From Betaproteobacteria bacterium UBA5216 (GTDB lineage: Bacteria; Pseudomonadota; Gammaproteobacteria; Burkholderiales; SG8-41): a stretch of 64,000 nt of DNA. The DNA lies in the NCBI GenBank assembly GCA_002412495.1, contig DHVE01000054.1, positions 2,419 through 66,418 on the forward strand. The letters are read 5' to 3'. The translations under genes were made by a program, and so were the position numbers. Below, in pieces: positions 18,281-27,031 of the stretch (positions are counted from its first letter, which is position 1; the number at the start of each line of letters is the position of its first letter). A model generated the notes under the pieces. That model was not told the origin of the DNA. It was given only the letters and a program-made list of their open reading frames with translations, and ran no database searches.

Positions 18281-19996
18281 ATGCACGCCTATCGCCCCAC
18301 CCTCACCGGCACACGTCACATGATTTCAGCCGGCCATCACGCCGCCGCGCACGCGGGCTTCACGGTACTTGAGGCCGGCGGCAACGCGGTGGATGCCGGC
18401 GTTGCGGCGGGTATTGCGCTGGGTGTTTTGCAAACCGATCTGGTTAATTTCGCCGGTGTTGCGCCGATGATGATTTATCTCGCCGGCACGCGCGAAGTAA
18501 TCAACATCGACGGCCTCGGCACGTGGCCGAAGGCGGCGGACATCAACGTGTTCATTCAGCAGCATGGCGGCAAAATGCCGCCGGGTATATTGCGCACGGT
18601 GATTCCCGCCGCGCCTGATGCCTGGATTACCGCGCTGGAAAAATACGGCACCCTGAGTTTTGGCGAAGTGGCGCAAGCCGCCATTCGTTTTGCGCGTGAT
18701 GGTTTTGCCATGCACTGGCTGATGGCCGGATTCATTGAGCAAAACGAAGCGGAATACCGTCGCTGGCCCTCGAACACGCAAACGTTTTTGCCCAACGGTA
18801 AACCGCCGCGTGTTGGCGACCTCTTCGTGCAAAGCGAGCTCGGCCGTACGCTCCAATACATGGCCGACGAAGAAGCCGTGCAATCCGGCAAAGGCCGCGT
18901 CGCCGGATTACGCGCCGCGCGCAACGCGTTTTATCGCGGCGATATTGCTGCCGCCATCGCACGCTATCACCGCGAAAACGGCGGCTGGGTAACGATGCAA
19001 GACATGGCAGATTACACCGTTTCATTCGAGACGCCGCAGCGCACGCGCTTTGCCGATGTCGATCTGTATACCTGCGGGCCATGGTCGCAGGGCCCGGTGC
19101 TGCCGCAGGCGCTCAATGTGCTGTCCGGCATGAATCTGCGCGCGCTGGGCCATAACACGACGCCTTACATACACGCCGTGACCGAGGCGCTGAAACTCGC
19201 CTATGCCGATCGCCAGTGTTATTACGGCGATCCCAAATTTGTCAGCGTGCCGATGGATGCGCTGCTGTCGGTTTCGTATGCGGATCAACAGCGCAAGCGT
19301 ATCGATGCGCTGAAAGCTGCGCCGGGCATGCCCCAGCCCGGCGCCGTTGCCGGCCGCCCGGCCCATACACCGCAACTACCGCCGGCGGCGACGGGCAATC
19401 CACCGCCCGCGCCGGACACCTCATACGTCAGTGTGATTGATCGCCACGGCAATGCGTTTTCGGCGACGCCGAGCGATGCGTCATCCGCCACGCCGGTGAT
19501 TCCCGGCATCGGCCTGTGCCCTTCGTCGCGCGGCTCACAGTCGTGGTGCGATCCGAATCATCCCGCGTCCGTTGCGCCCGGCAAGCGGCCGCGACTCACG
19601 TGCAGCCCGGCGATGGCGCTGCGCAACGGCAAGGCCTACATGCCGTTCGGCTCGCCCGGCAACGATGTGCAGCCGCAGGCCATGTTGCAGGTATTTTTGA
19701 ATCTGCACGTGTTCGGCATGGATTTGCAGTCCGCCATCGAAGCACCGCGGTTCGCAACCTACAGCTACCCGTCTTCATCCGAGCCGCACACCTATCTGCC
19801 CGCGCGGCTCACCCTCGAAAGCCGCGTGCCGCGCGCAACCGGCGACGCATTGGCGTCACTGGGACACGACATCAAGTGGTGGCCCGAGCTCGAAGAAGCC
19901 GCGGGTGCGGTGTGCGCGGTACGCGTGAATCCGGAAACCGGCGTGCTCGAAGGTGGCGCCGATCCGCGCAGACTGGCTTACGCGTTGGGGTGGTAG
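18281..19996 (+). CDS. gamma-glutamyltransferase-family (Ntn-hydrolase) protein without obvious signal peptide
   Basis: HHAAAHAGFTVLEAGGNAVDAGVAAGIALGV plus a putative autoprocessing/nucleophile site PDTSYVSVIDRHGNAFSATPS. First ATG is at 18281; the track start at 18257 is a TTG. Confidence 0.8.
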   Translation: MHAYRPTLTGTRHMISAGHHAAAHAGFTVLEAGGNAVDAGVAAGIALGVLQTDLVNFAGVAPMMIYLAGTREVINIDGLGTWPKAADINVFIQQHGGKMPPGILRTVIPAAPDAWITALEKYGTLSFGEVAQAAIRFARDGFAMHWLMAGFIEQNEAEYRRWPSNTQTFLPNGKPPRVGDLFVQSELGRTLQYMADEEAVQSGKGRVAGLRAARNAFYRGDIAAAIARYHRENGGWVTMQDMADYTVSFETPQRTRFADVDLYTCGPWSQGPVLPQALNVLSGMNLRALGHNTTPYIHAVTEALKLAYADRQCYYGDPKFVSVPMDALLSVSYADQQRKRIDALKAAPGMPQPGAVAGRPAHTPQLPPAATGNPPPAPDTSYVSVIDRHGNAFSATPSDASSATPVIPGIGLCPSSRGSQSWCDPNHPASVAPGKRPRLTCSPAMALRNGKAYMPFGSPGNDVQPQAMLQVFLNLHVFGMDLQSAIEAPRFATYSYPSSSEPHTYLPARLTLESRVPRATGDALASLGHDIKWWPELEEAAGAVCAVRVNPETGVLEGGADPRRLAYALGW

Positions 19997-20035
19997 GGGC
20001 AACTGCTGCGCGCGAGGCGGGGTATGGCGTGAGTC

Positions 20036-20905
20036 TTATAGCCGGCTAGAAGCATCAGTAGTCGCAGACCTTTGTTTCTCCAGTATCACCAGCGCGATCC
20101 CGCCCAGTATGGCGACCGACGCCAATACCAGACGCAGGGTAAGTTGCTCGCCCAAAAGAAGAATGCCGCCCACCGCTGCTATGACCGGAACGCTCAGTTG
20201 CACGGTTGCCGCGCTGGTGGCTTTTAAGGCGGGCAGCGCGGTGTACCAAATTGCATAGCCGATGCCGGACGCCAGGGCACCCGACGCCACGGCATAGGCG
20301 ATGCCGGTGTTATCCAGCGTCGCGTGGTCATGCAGCAGCACGCTTACCACCGCCGCAATCGGCACGGCACGCAAAAAATTACCCGCCGTAATCCGCGTGG
20401 GATCGCCCGCGCCCCTGCCGCGCAGGGAATAAACGCCCCATGCCGCACCGGCGGCCAACATCAACAGCGCGCCGATCAAGGGCGGCGCCGCCAGCCCCGG
20501 CAGCAGCAACCCCACCAGGCCCGCGAGTGCGAGCGCCAGACCAACGATCTGCACTTTGCGGAACCGCTCGCCGGCCCACAGGCCGTGGCCGATCATGGTG
20601 GCCTGCACCGCGCCAAACAGCAACAGCGCGCCCGTCGCCGCGGTCAGGCTCACATAGGCAAACGAAAAACACACCGCATAACCGCACAAGGCCGCAGCCG
20701 ACAGCCAATTGCCGCTGCCGTGATTGGCGCGACGCGTCGCGCGCGCCACCAGCCACAACATGAGCGCGCCGGACGTCAATCGAATCAGCGTAAAACTCGC
20801 CGCATCAATGGGCGTGTGTTTGAGCGCAATCCGGCACAGCAGTGAATTGCCCGCAAACGCAATCATCGCCAGCGTGGTCAGGGTGATGAGGCGGGCGCGG
20901 GACAT
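20036..20905 (-). CDS. DMT-superfamily (EamA-like) transporter
   Basis: About 10 hydrophobic segments. MSRARLITLTTLAMIAFAGNSLLCRIAL and the internal duplication are typical of EamA. ATG at 20903-20905 avoids overlap with the upstream gene. Confidence 0.85.
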   Translation of the reverse strand: MSRARLITLTTLAMIAFAGNSLLCRIALKHTPIDAASFTLIRLTSGALMLWLVARATRRANHGSGNWLSAAALCGYAVCFSFAYVSLTAATGALLLFGAVQATMIGHGLWAGERFRKVQIVGLALALAGLVGLLLPGLAAPPLIGALLMLAAGAAWGVYSLRGRGAGDPTRITAGNFLRAVPIAAVVSVLLHDHATLDNTGIAYAVASGALASGIGYAIWYTALPALKATSAATVQLSVPVIAAVGGILLLGEQLTLRLVLASVAILGGIALVILEKQRSATTDASSRL

Positions 20906-20988
20906 CGAACGGGTTTTACAAGATCTTCGGGACGATGTGAACGTGCGGGTAAGTGTTCTACCGAACGGGGTGCCATCGGGCACCCCGT

Positions 20989-21468
20989 TCACAGGCCCAG
21001 TTCGGACAAGCCCGGATGTTCATCGGGGCGGCGCCCCAGCGGCCAGTGAAACTTGCGATCACCGGCCTGAATCGGCAGATCGTTGATGCTGGCTATTCTG
21101 CGATGCATGAACCCCTGTTCGTTGAACTCCCAGTTTTCATTGCCGTACGAGCGAAACCAGTTGCCCGAATCGTCGTGCCACTCATAGGCAAACCGGACCG
21201 CGATGCGATTGCCGTGAAAGGCCCACAGTTCTTTCACCAACCGGTAGTCCAGCTCTTTTTGCCATTTACGCCGCAGGAATTGCACAATGGATTCGCGTCC
21301 GGAAAGAAATTCAGAACGGTTTCTCCAGACGCTGTCCGGCGTGTACGCCAGCGAAACCCGCTCTGGATTTCGGGTGTTCCAGGCGTCTTCAGCCATGCGA
21401 ACCTTCTGCGCCGCAGATGCGCCGTCAAACGGCGGAAAGGGGGGTCTGGGTGGTTCGGCAGTGCTCAT
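20989..21468 (-). CDS. DUF1348-family (NTF2/SnoaL-like) protein
   Basis: [63 protein letters not shown] matches DUF1348 as I recall it. Strong RBS GAGGAG. Confidence 0.8.
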   Translation of the reverse strand: MSTAEPPRPPFPPFDGASAAQKVRMAEDAWNTRNPERVSLAYTPDSVWRNRSEFLSGRESIVQFLRRKWQKELDYRLVKELWAFHGNRIAVRFAYEWHDDSGNWFRSYGNENWEFNEQGFMHRRIASINDLPIQAGDRKFHWPLGRRPDEHPGLSELGL

Positions 21469-21486
21469 GCTGATCTCCTCCAGTAT

Positions 21487-21741
21487 TCAAGTGTGACTAA
21501 CGTTTGAGCCAATTGGCGGCGTGCCCACCAAAGCGCAGTCCGCACCCGACGTGCCGTACTCTCCGCGAGGGGCAACAGGCCCAAGGACAAGCGCGATACG
21601 GGCAACCGAGTCTTGAATCGATCGCAGGAGCCCGGCGGGATCGCACGAACGTAAAAGGCTGGACTTTGATCCGTGCGTAACACGAACCGATGATCCTTCG
21701 CGCGTTACGACTAGATCGAGGTCGGCATCGGTGAAAGGCAT
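21487..21741 (-). CDS. doubtful 84-aa ORF (possible partner gene, gene remnant, or non-coding)
   Basis: Open frame only. No SD, no recognisable family, GC-rich unlike the adjacent islet gene. Confidence 0.2.
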   Translation of the reverse strand: MPFTDADLDLVVTREGSSVRVTHGSKSSLLRSCDPAGLLRSIQDSVARIALVLGPVAPRGEYGTSGADCALVGTPPIGSNVSHT

Positions 21742-21806
21742 CCGTAGCAGGGAAATGGGCAGGTTTGCTGGAGTTGCTTAACGTGTCGCTCAGCCGCCGC
21801 TAACGG

Positions 21807-22775
21807 TTACACATCCTCATCTGTTTGCCTTGCCAGATGGGGTAGCGTGGCACGAATGGTAGCCTTGAGAGCGGAAGCGGCCATGTCCGGAGCGGCGGCA
21901 TCCCAGACAATTGTCAAATGATGGTTCGTGTCGAAGTGCGTCTTCGTTTCCTCAAACTTAGTGCGTTCGCATGTATAAATGACCGGTTTGCCAAGCCCTT
22001 CCGCATACCCAGCCTCCCAATAAGCGCCTAGGTTATCGTGCGTAAGATCTGCAACCAAGAAGTCGGAGCTTTGAATTTCGACTCGAAGTCGATCATCAAT
22101 TAATCCAGCTTTTGGAACATCGTCAAGCTTAAAAAGATCAAATCCGGCCAACTTCGCCGCAGGCTTAAGGACGTCGATTAGTAACCTCTCTAACACGGAA
22201 TCACCAAACTTCATTGCCATGAAAGCCTTCCTATAGGCAGCACTTCCTTTTGCGAGATCCTCATAGAACGTCCAGCCATGAAATGACAGTGTCGCCTTTG
22301 CATTGCCTTGTACCCCGATGGTCTTCAGCTGATGCCCTGTCAGCAGACCAACTGCGAAGAGATGATCTAGTATGAGCGCGAATCCGCTATCCGATTTGGC
22401 GCCGACTATGCTCGCATGCGTTCTCGGAGATATGTCGACAAGCTCCCCAGGTCCAGGAAGGGATTGAGCTAACCAACGGATCAAAAGGTCCGCCTGCTGC
22501 TGTGGCCGAGGCAGAGGTCGCTTTAGAACTTCCTCAATAGTCGCAGTAGAAAACATTACTTCCGAATTCACTTCTTGGGCACGTCGCAGGGCGTGGCTCA
22601 GCTTTGCCGACGCATCTGTCGCAGACGACAGTATTCCTGGAAGCGTTGCGATCAACGTGCGAGTGAGAACAAAGCGGCCACATCGAGGACAAGAGAAACG
22701 TGTTGCATCTCTCTCATCGGGAGTCGATGGCGAAGTGAGCAGCGGTGTATTACAGATCGGACAGTTGGCGCTCAT
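21807..22775 (-). CDS. zinc-ribbon protein with C-terminal nucleoside 2-deoxyribosyltransferase/TIR-like domain (uncharacterised)
   Basis: C5-x2-C8...C29-x2-C32 (CPICN...CPRCG). Residues about 183-292, AFMAMKFGD...SSDFLVADLTHDNLGAYWEAGYAEGLGKPVIY, fit the NDT/DNPH1-type pattern (beta1, acidic residue, N-x-G-x3-E-x-G-x-A-x3-GKP-VI). Hand-counted 60-nt lines give 37%, 52% and 47% G+C versus 65% in a flanking line. Confidence 0.75.
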   Translation of the reverse strand: MSANCPICNTPLLTSPSTPDERDATRFSCPRCGRFVLTRTLIATLPGILSSATDASAKLSHALRRAQEVNSEVMFSTATIEEVLKRPLPRPQQQADLLIRWLAQSLPGPGELVDISPRTHASIVGAKSDSGFALILDHLFAVGLLTGHQLKTIGVQGNAKATLSFHGWTFYEDLAKGSAAYRKAFMAMKFGDSVLERLLIDVLKPAAKLAGFDLFKLDDVPKAGLIDDRLRVEIQSSDFLVADLTHDNLGAYWEAGYAEGLGKPVIYTCERTKFEETKTHFDTNHHLTIVWDAAAPDMAASALKATIRATLPHLARQTDEDV

Positions 22776-22913
22776 CGCTGCGTTGTGTGGGAAATATAAC
22801 GTCTTGCTGAACGGCGGGCTAGGATGGTATTCATAGAGCCTATGGCGCGGGCGGCCCGTCGGTTCAATATAGAGTTATGTCTATAATACTCGTTACAAGT
22901 GTCCGATGCTTGA

Positions 22914-23849
22914 TCAGACGCCGGGAGCGGATGTGGCGAGCCAGTCTCTCGCCACCAGAAACGTATCGTATAAAGATGCTTCACGCGAACCCGCCTCCGG
23001 CTTCCAGTCATACCGCCAGTTCACCACCGGTGGCAGCGACATCAGTATCGATTCCGCCCGCCCGCCGGACTGCAGCCCGAACAGGGTACCGCGGTCATAG
23101 ACAAGATTGAATTCAACATAGCGCCCGCGGCGGTAGGCCTGAAACGCGCGCTCGGGTTCGCCATAGGGCAGCGCGCGGCGGCGCTCGACGATGGGGGCGT
23201 AGGCTTTGAGAAAATGATCGCCCACGCTTTGCATCATGGCAAAGCAGGTGACGAAATCGGGGGTGTGTACGTCGTCGTAAAAAATGCCGCCGATGCCGCG
23301 CGGCTCGTTGCGGTGTTTCAGATAGAAATAATCGTCACACCATTTTTTGAATTTAGGGTGCAGATCGGCGCCAAAGGGAGATAGTGCATCGCGGCAGGTT
23401 TGATGAAAATGGCGCGCGTCTTCTTCAAACCCATAATAGGGCGTGAGATCCATGCCGCCGCCGAACCACCACACGGCATCCGCGCCCGGCTTGACCGCGC
23501 AAAACAGGCGCACGTTCATGTGTACGGTGGGCACCATCGGGTTGCGCGGGTGCAGCACCAGCGACACGCCCATCGCCTCATACGAACGGCCCGCGAGTTC
23601 CGGGCGCGCGGCGGTTGCCGAGGGCGGCAGACCTTGCCCGAACACGTGCGAGAAACCGACGCCACCGCGCTCGAACACGTTGCCTTCTTCAAGGATGCAG
23701 GTGAGGCCGCCGCCACCGCCCAAGTTTGCAGGCCGCGTCCAGGCGTCGCGTTTGAAGGCTTTGCCGTCGAGCGTGGTCAGCGCATCGATGATGCGGGTTT
23801 GCAGCCCTTCGAGATAAGTTTTTACCGCTTGAGTATCCATAGTATCCAT
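22914..23849 (-). CDS. hemF: oxygen-dependent coproporphyrinogen III oxidase
   Basis: [33 protein letters not shown]...[15 protein letters not shown]...[13 protein letters not shown] are canonical HemF blocks. First ATG at 23849; the track start at 23858 is a TTG. Confidence 0.9.
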   Translation of the reverse strand: MDTMDTQAVKTYLEGLQTRIIDALTTLDGKAFKRDAWTRPANLGGGGGLTCILEEGNVFERGGVGFSHVFGQGLPPSATAARPELAGRSYEAMGVSLVLHPRNPMVPTVHMNVRLFCAVKPGADAVWWFGGGMDLTPYYGFEEDARHFHQTCRDALSPFGADLHPKFKKWCDDYFYLKHRNEPRGIGGIFYDDVHTPDFVTCFAMMQSVGDHFLKAYAPIVERRRALPYGEPERAFQAYRRGRYVEFNLVYDRGTLFGLQSGGRAESILMSLPPVVNWRYDWKPEAGSREASLYDTFLVARDWLATSAPGV

Positions 23850-23882
23850 GGGGTGCAAGGATACCTTACCGCGACACCGGTG

Positions 23883-25178
23883 TTAGGGCTTGCGTGCACC
23901 GGCAGGGCCGATTGCGCGATAGCCGATATCCCGCCGCAGTTGCATGCCGTCAAACCGGATTTGCGCGGCAATTTCGTAGGCGCGTTTTTGCGCGGTGCGC
24001 ACGTTGTGGCCGAGCGCGGTGACGCACAGTACGCGTCCGCCGCTGATGACCACATCGTTGCCCTGCAATGTTGTGCCGGCATGAAACACGTGATAATCCT
24101 CGCCGGCTTCGCGTGATTCCGGAAGCCCGCTGATCACGTCGCCCTTGCGCGGATTGTCGGGATAACCGTGTGCGGCCAGCACCACGCCCAGCGCCACGCG
24201 CAGATCCCATTCGGCTTCGACTTGATCGAGCGTGCCGTCGATGGCGTGTTCGATCAGGTCCACCAAATCACTCTTTAAACGCATCATGATGGGCTGCGTT
24301 TCCGGATCGCCCATGCGGCAGTTGAATTCCAGCGTGTTGACCTTGCCATCTTTGGTGATCATCAACCCGGCATACAAAAAGCCGGTGTAGGGGATGCCGT
24401 CCTTTTCCATGCCCGCGAGCGTGGGCAAAATGACTTCGCGCATCGCGCGCGCGTGGATCGACGGCGTGACCACCGGCGCCGGCGAGTAAGCGCCCATGCC
24501 GCCGGTGTTGGGGCCGATATCGCCATCGCCCAGACGCTTGTGATCCTGACTGCTGGCGAGCGCCAGCGCGTGTTTGCCGTCGGCGAGCACGATGAAGCTG
24601 GCCTCCTCGCCTTCGAGAAAGGCTTCGATCACCACGCGCGCACCGGCCGCGCCCATTTTGTTGTCGATCAGCATCATATCGACCGCGGCGTGCGCCTCGG
24701 CGACGTTCATCGCCACCACCACGCCTTTTCCGGCGGCGAGGCCATCGGCCTTGATCACGATGGGCGCGCCTTGCTGGTCGATATAGGCGTGCGCTTCTTG
24801 GGCGTCGCTGAAAGTGGCGTGAGCGGCGGTGGGTATGCCGTGACGCTTCATGAAGCTCTTGGAAAAATCCTTGGAGCTTTCGAGTTGTGCGGCAGCTTGT
24901 GTCGGGCCGAAGATGCGCAGCCCGGCGGCGCGAAAGGCATCCACCACGCCGTCGGCAAGCGGCGCTTCCGGGCCGACGACTGTCAGTAACACATTGTTTT
25001 TATTGACAAATTCTATAAGGTCGGCGGTGCGTGTCAGAGGCACATTTTCCAGACCCTTTTCGCGCGCGGTTCCCGCATTGCCGGGCGCGACATACACTTT
25101 TGAAACGCGCGGCGATTGCAACAAACGCCACGCCAGTGCATGCTCGCGACCGCCGGAACCGATAACGAGAATTTTCAT
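23883..25178 (-). CDS. purD: phosphoribosylamine--glycine ligase
   Basis: MKILVIGSGGREHALAWRL...GPNTGGMGAYSPAP are PurD hallmarks. Confidence 0.95.
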   Translation of the reverse strand: MKILVIGSGGREHALAWRLLQSPRVSKVYVAPGNAGTAREKGLENVPLTRTADLIEFVNKNNVLLTVVGPEAPLADGVVDAFRAAGLRIFGPTQAAAQLESSKDFSKSFMKRHGIPTAAHATFSDAQEAHAYIDQQGAPIVIKADGLAAGKGVVVAMNVAEAHAAVDMMLIDNKMGAAGARVVIEAFLEGEEASFIVLADGKHALALASSQDHKRLGDGDIGPNTGGMGAYSPAPVVTPSIHARAMREVILPTLAGMEKDGIPYTGFLYAGLMITKDGKVNTLEFNCRMGDPETQPIMMRLKSDLVDLIEHAIDGTLDQVEAEWDLRVALGVVLAAHGYPDNPRKGDVISGLPESREAGEDYHVFHAGTTLQGNDVVISGGRVLCVTALGHNVRTAQKRAYEIAAQIRFDGMQLRRDIGYRAIGPAGARKP

Positions 25179-26771
25179 TTAGTGTCTGAAATGTCGCACG
25201 CCGGTGTACACCATTGCGATGCCGTGTTCATCGGCCGCGGCGACCACTTCTTCATCACGGATGCTGCCGCCGGGTTGAATAATCGCTTTCGCGCCGGCTT
25301 CGGCCACCACATCAACGCCATCGCGAAACGGGAAGAACGCGTCCGACGCCACGACGGAACCGGCTAATGTCAGCTTGGCATTGGCGGCCTTGATCGATGC
25401 AATGCGCGCGGAATCGATGCGGCTCATTTGCCCGGCACCCACGCCCAGCGTTTGCCCGTTGCCGCAGAACACGATGGCGTTGGATTTCACGTACTTGGCG
25501 ACTTTCCAGGCGAACAGCAAGTCGGCGAGCTGTTGCGACGTGGGCTTGATTTGGGTGACCACTTTGACATCGGCGGCGGAAATCACTTTGTTGTCTGCGG
25601 ATTGAATCAGCAGACCGGAACCGATGCGCTTCACATCGTGCGCATTGCGGCCTTGCTCCCACGCGGTTTTGCCGTCTGACTTGACGTTATCCAGCGGGAT
25701 TTCCAATACGCGCACATTCGCTTTGGCCGCGATGATTTTCAGCGCGTCGGCCGCATACGCCGGCGCGATCAACACCTCGACAAAGAGCTTGCTTACGGCT
25801 TGCATGGCCACCGCATCGAGCGGCCGGTTGAACGCCACAATGCCACCAAATGCGGACGTCGGATCGGTCGCCAACGCCTTGGCATACGCCTCGGCACAAT
25901 CACGGCCCACTGCCACGCCGCACGGATTGGCGTGTTTGACGATCACGCACGCGGGTTCGTCAAACGACTTGACGCACTCCCACGCCGCGTCGGCGTCGGC
26001 GATGTTGTTATACGAAAGTTCCTTGCCCTGTACTTGTTTGGCCGTTACCAGCGCGCCGGGCGCGGGATGCAAGTCGCGATACAGCGCGGCGTGCTGATGC
26101 GGGTTTTCGCCGTAGCGCAAATCCTGCAGCTTGACGAAGCGCCCGTTTGATTGCGCTGGGAATTCGCTCCGTTTGCCGTCGGGCTGAAGTGCTGACAGAT
26201 AATCGCTGATCGCGGCGTCGTAATTGGAGATGCGGTTGAATGCGGCCACGGCCAGCGCGAATCGCGTTTCGTCCGACAATGCGCCGCTGCGTTTGATTTC
26301 GTCCAGCACCGCCGAGTACTGCGCGGCATCGGTCACTACACCCACGCCCCGCCAATTTTTGGCTGCCGAGCGCACCATCGCCGGGCCGCCAATGTCGATG
26401 TTTTCGATCGCGTCTTCGAGCGTGCAATCGGCTTTGGCCACCGTGCTTTCGAACGGATACAGATTAACCACCAGCAAATCAATCGTGGGAATGCCCGCGT
26501 CGGCGATAGCGCGCAGATGGGATGCCTCGTCACGCCGCGCCAGCAGTCCGCCGTGAATTTTCGGATGCAGCGTTTTCACGCGGCCATCAAGCATTTCGGG
26601 AAAACCAGTGTAGTCGGCGACTTCGATAACCTTGAGTCCGGCATCGGCGAGCAATTTTGCGGTGCCGCCGGTGGACAGCAGCGACACGCCGAGCGCGGCC
26701 AACCCGCGTGCAAATTCCACCAGTCCGGTTTTGTCAGAGACGCTGAGCAGCGCCTGTTTGATCGCGGTCAC
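25179..26771 (-). CDS. purH: bifunctional AICAR transformylase / IMP cyclohydrolase
   Basis: (V)[23 protein letters not shown]...GGTAKLL...[16 protein letters not shown] start at 26769-26771. The track's 622-aa version runs through fis in another frame and is rejected. Confidence 0.9.
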   Translation of the reverse strand: MTAIKQALLSVSDKTGLVEFARGLAALGVSLLSTGGTAKLLADAGLKVIEVADYTGFPEMLDGRVKTLHPKIHGGLLARRDEASHLRAIADAGIPTIDLLVVNLYPFESTVAKADCTLEDAIENIDIGGPAMVRSAAKNWRGVGVVTDAAQYSAVLDEIKRSGALSDETRFALAVAAFNRISNYDAAISDYLSALQPDGKRSEFPAQSNGRFVKLQDLRYGENPHQHAALYRDLHPAPGALVTAKQVQGKELSYNNIADADAAWECVKSFDEPACVIVKHANPCGVAVGRDCAEAYAKALATDPTSAFGGIVAFNRPLDAVAMQAVSKLFVEVLIAPAYAADALKIIAAKANVRVLEIPLDNVKSDGKTAWEQGRNAHDVKRIGSGLLIQSADNKVISAADVKVVTQIKPTSQQLADLLFAWKVAKYVKSNAIVFCGNGQTLGVGAGQMSRIDSARIASIKAANAKLTLAGSVVASDAFFPFRDGVDVVAEAGAKAIIQPGGSIRDEEVVAAADEHGIAMVYTGVRHFRH

Positions 26772-26773
26772 GG

Positions 26774-27031
26774 CTAAAACTTGATGCCGTGCGCCTTCAT
26801 CTTCTTGCGCAGCGTATTGCGATTGAGCCCCAACATCTGCGCGGCATGCGTTTGATTGCCGCGCACGCGCGTTAACACCGATTCGAGCAGCGGTTTTTCG
26901 ACGCAGTTGATCACCATGTCGTACACGCCGCTCGCTTTCTCTCCGTCCAGATCCTTGAAATATCCTTCGATTGCCTTGCGCACCGTGCGCGCCATATCGC
27001 CGTCGTTCAAGGGCCCCGTTCGATTTATCAT
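26774..27031 (-). CDS. fis: Fis-family DNA-binding protein
   Basis: C-terminal [29 protein letters not shown]. Classical dusB-fis arrangement with ATGA start/stop overlap. Confidence 0.85.
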   Translation of the reverse strand: MINRTGPLNDGDMARTVRKAIEGYFKDLDGEKASGVYDMVINCVEKPLLESVLTRVRGNQTHAAQMLGLNRNTLRKKMKAHGIKF

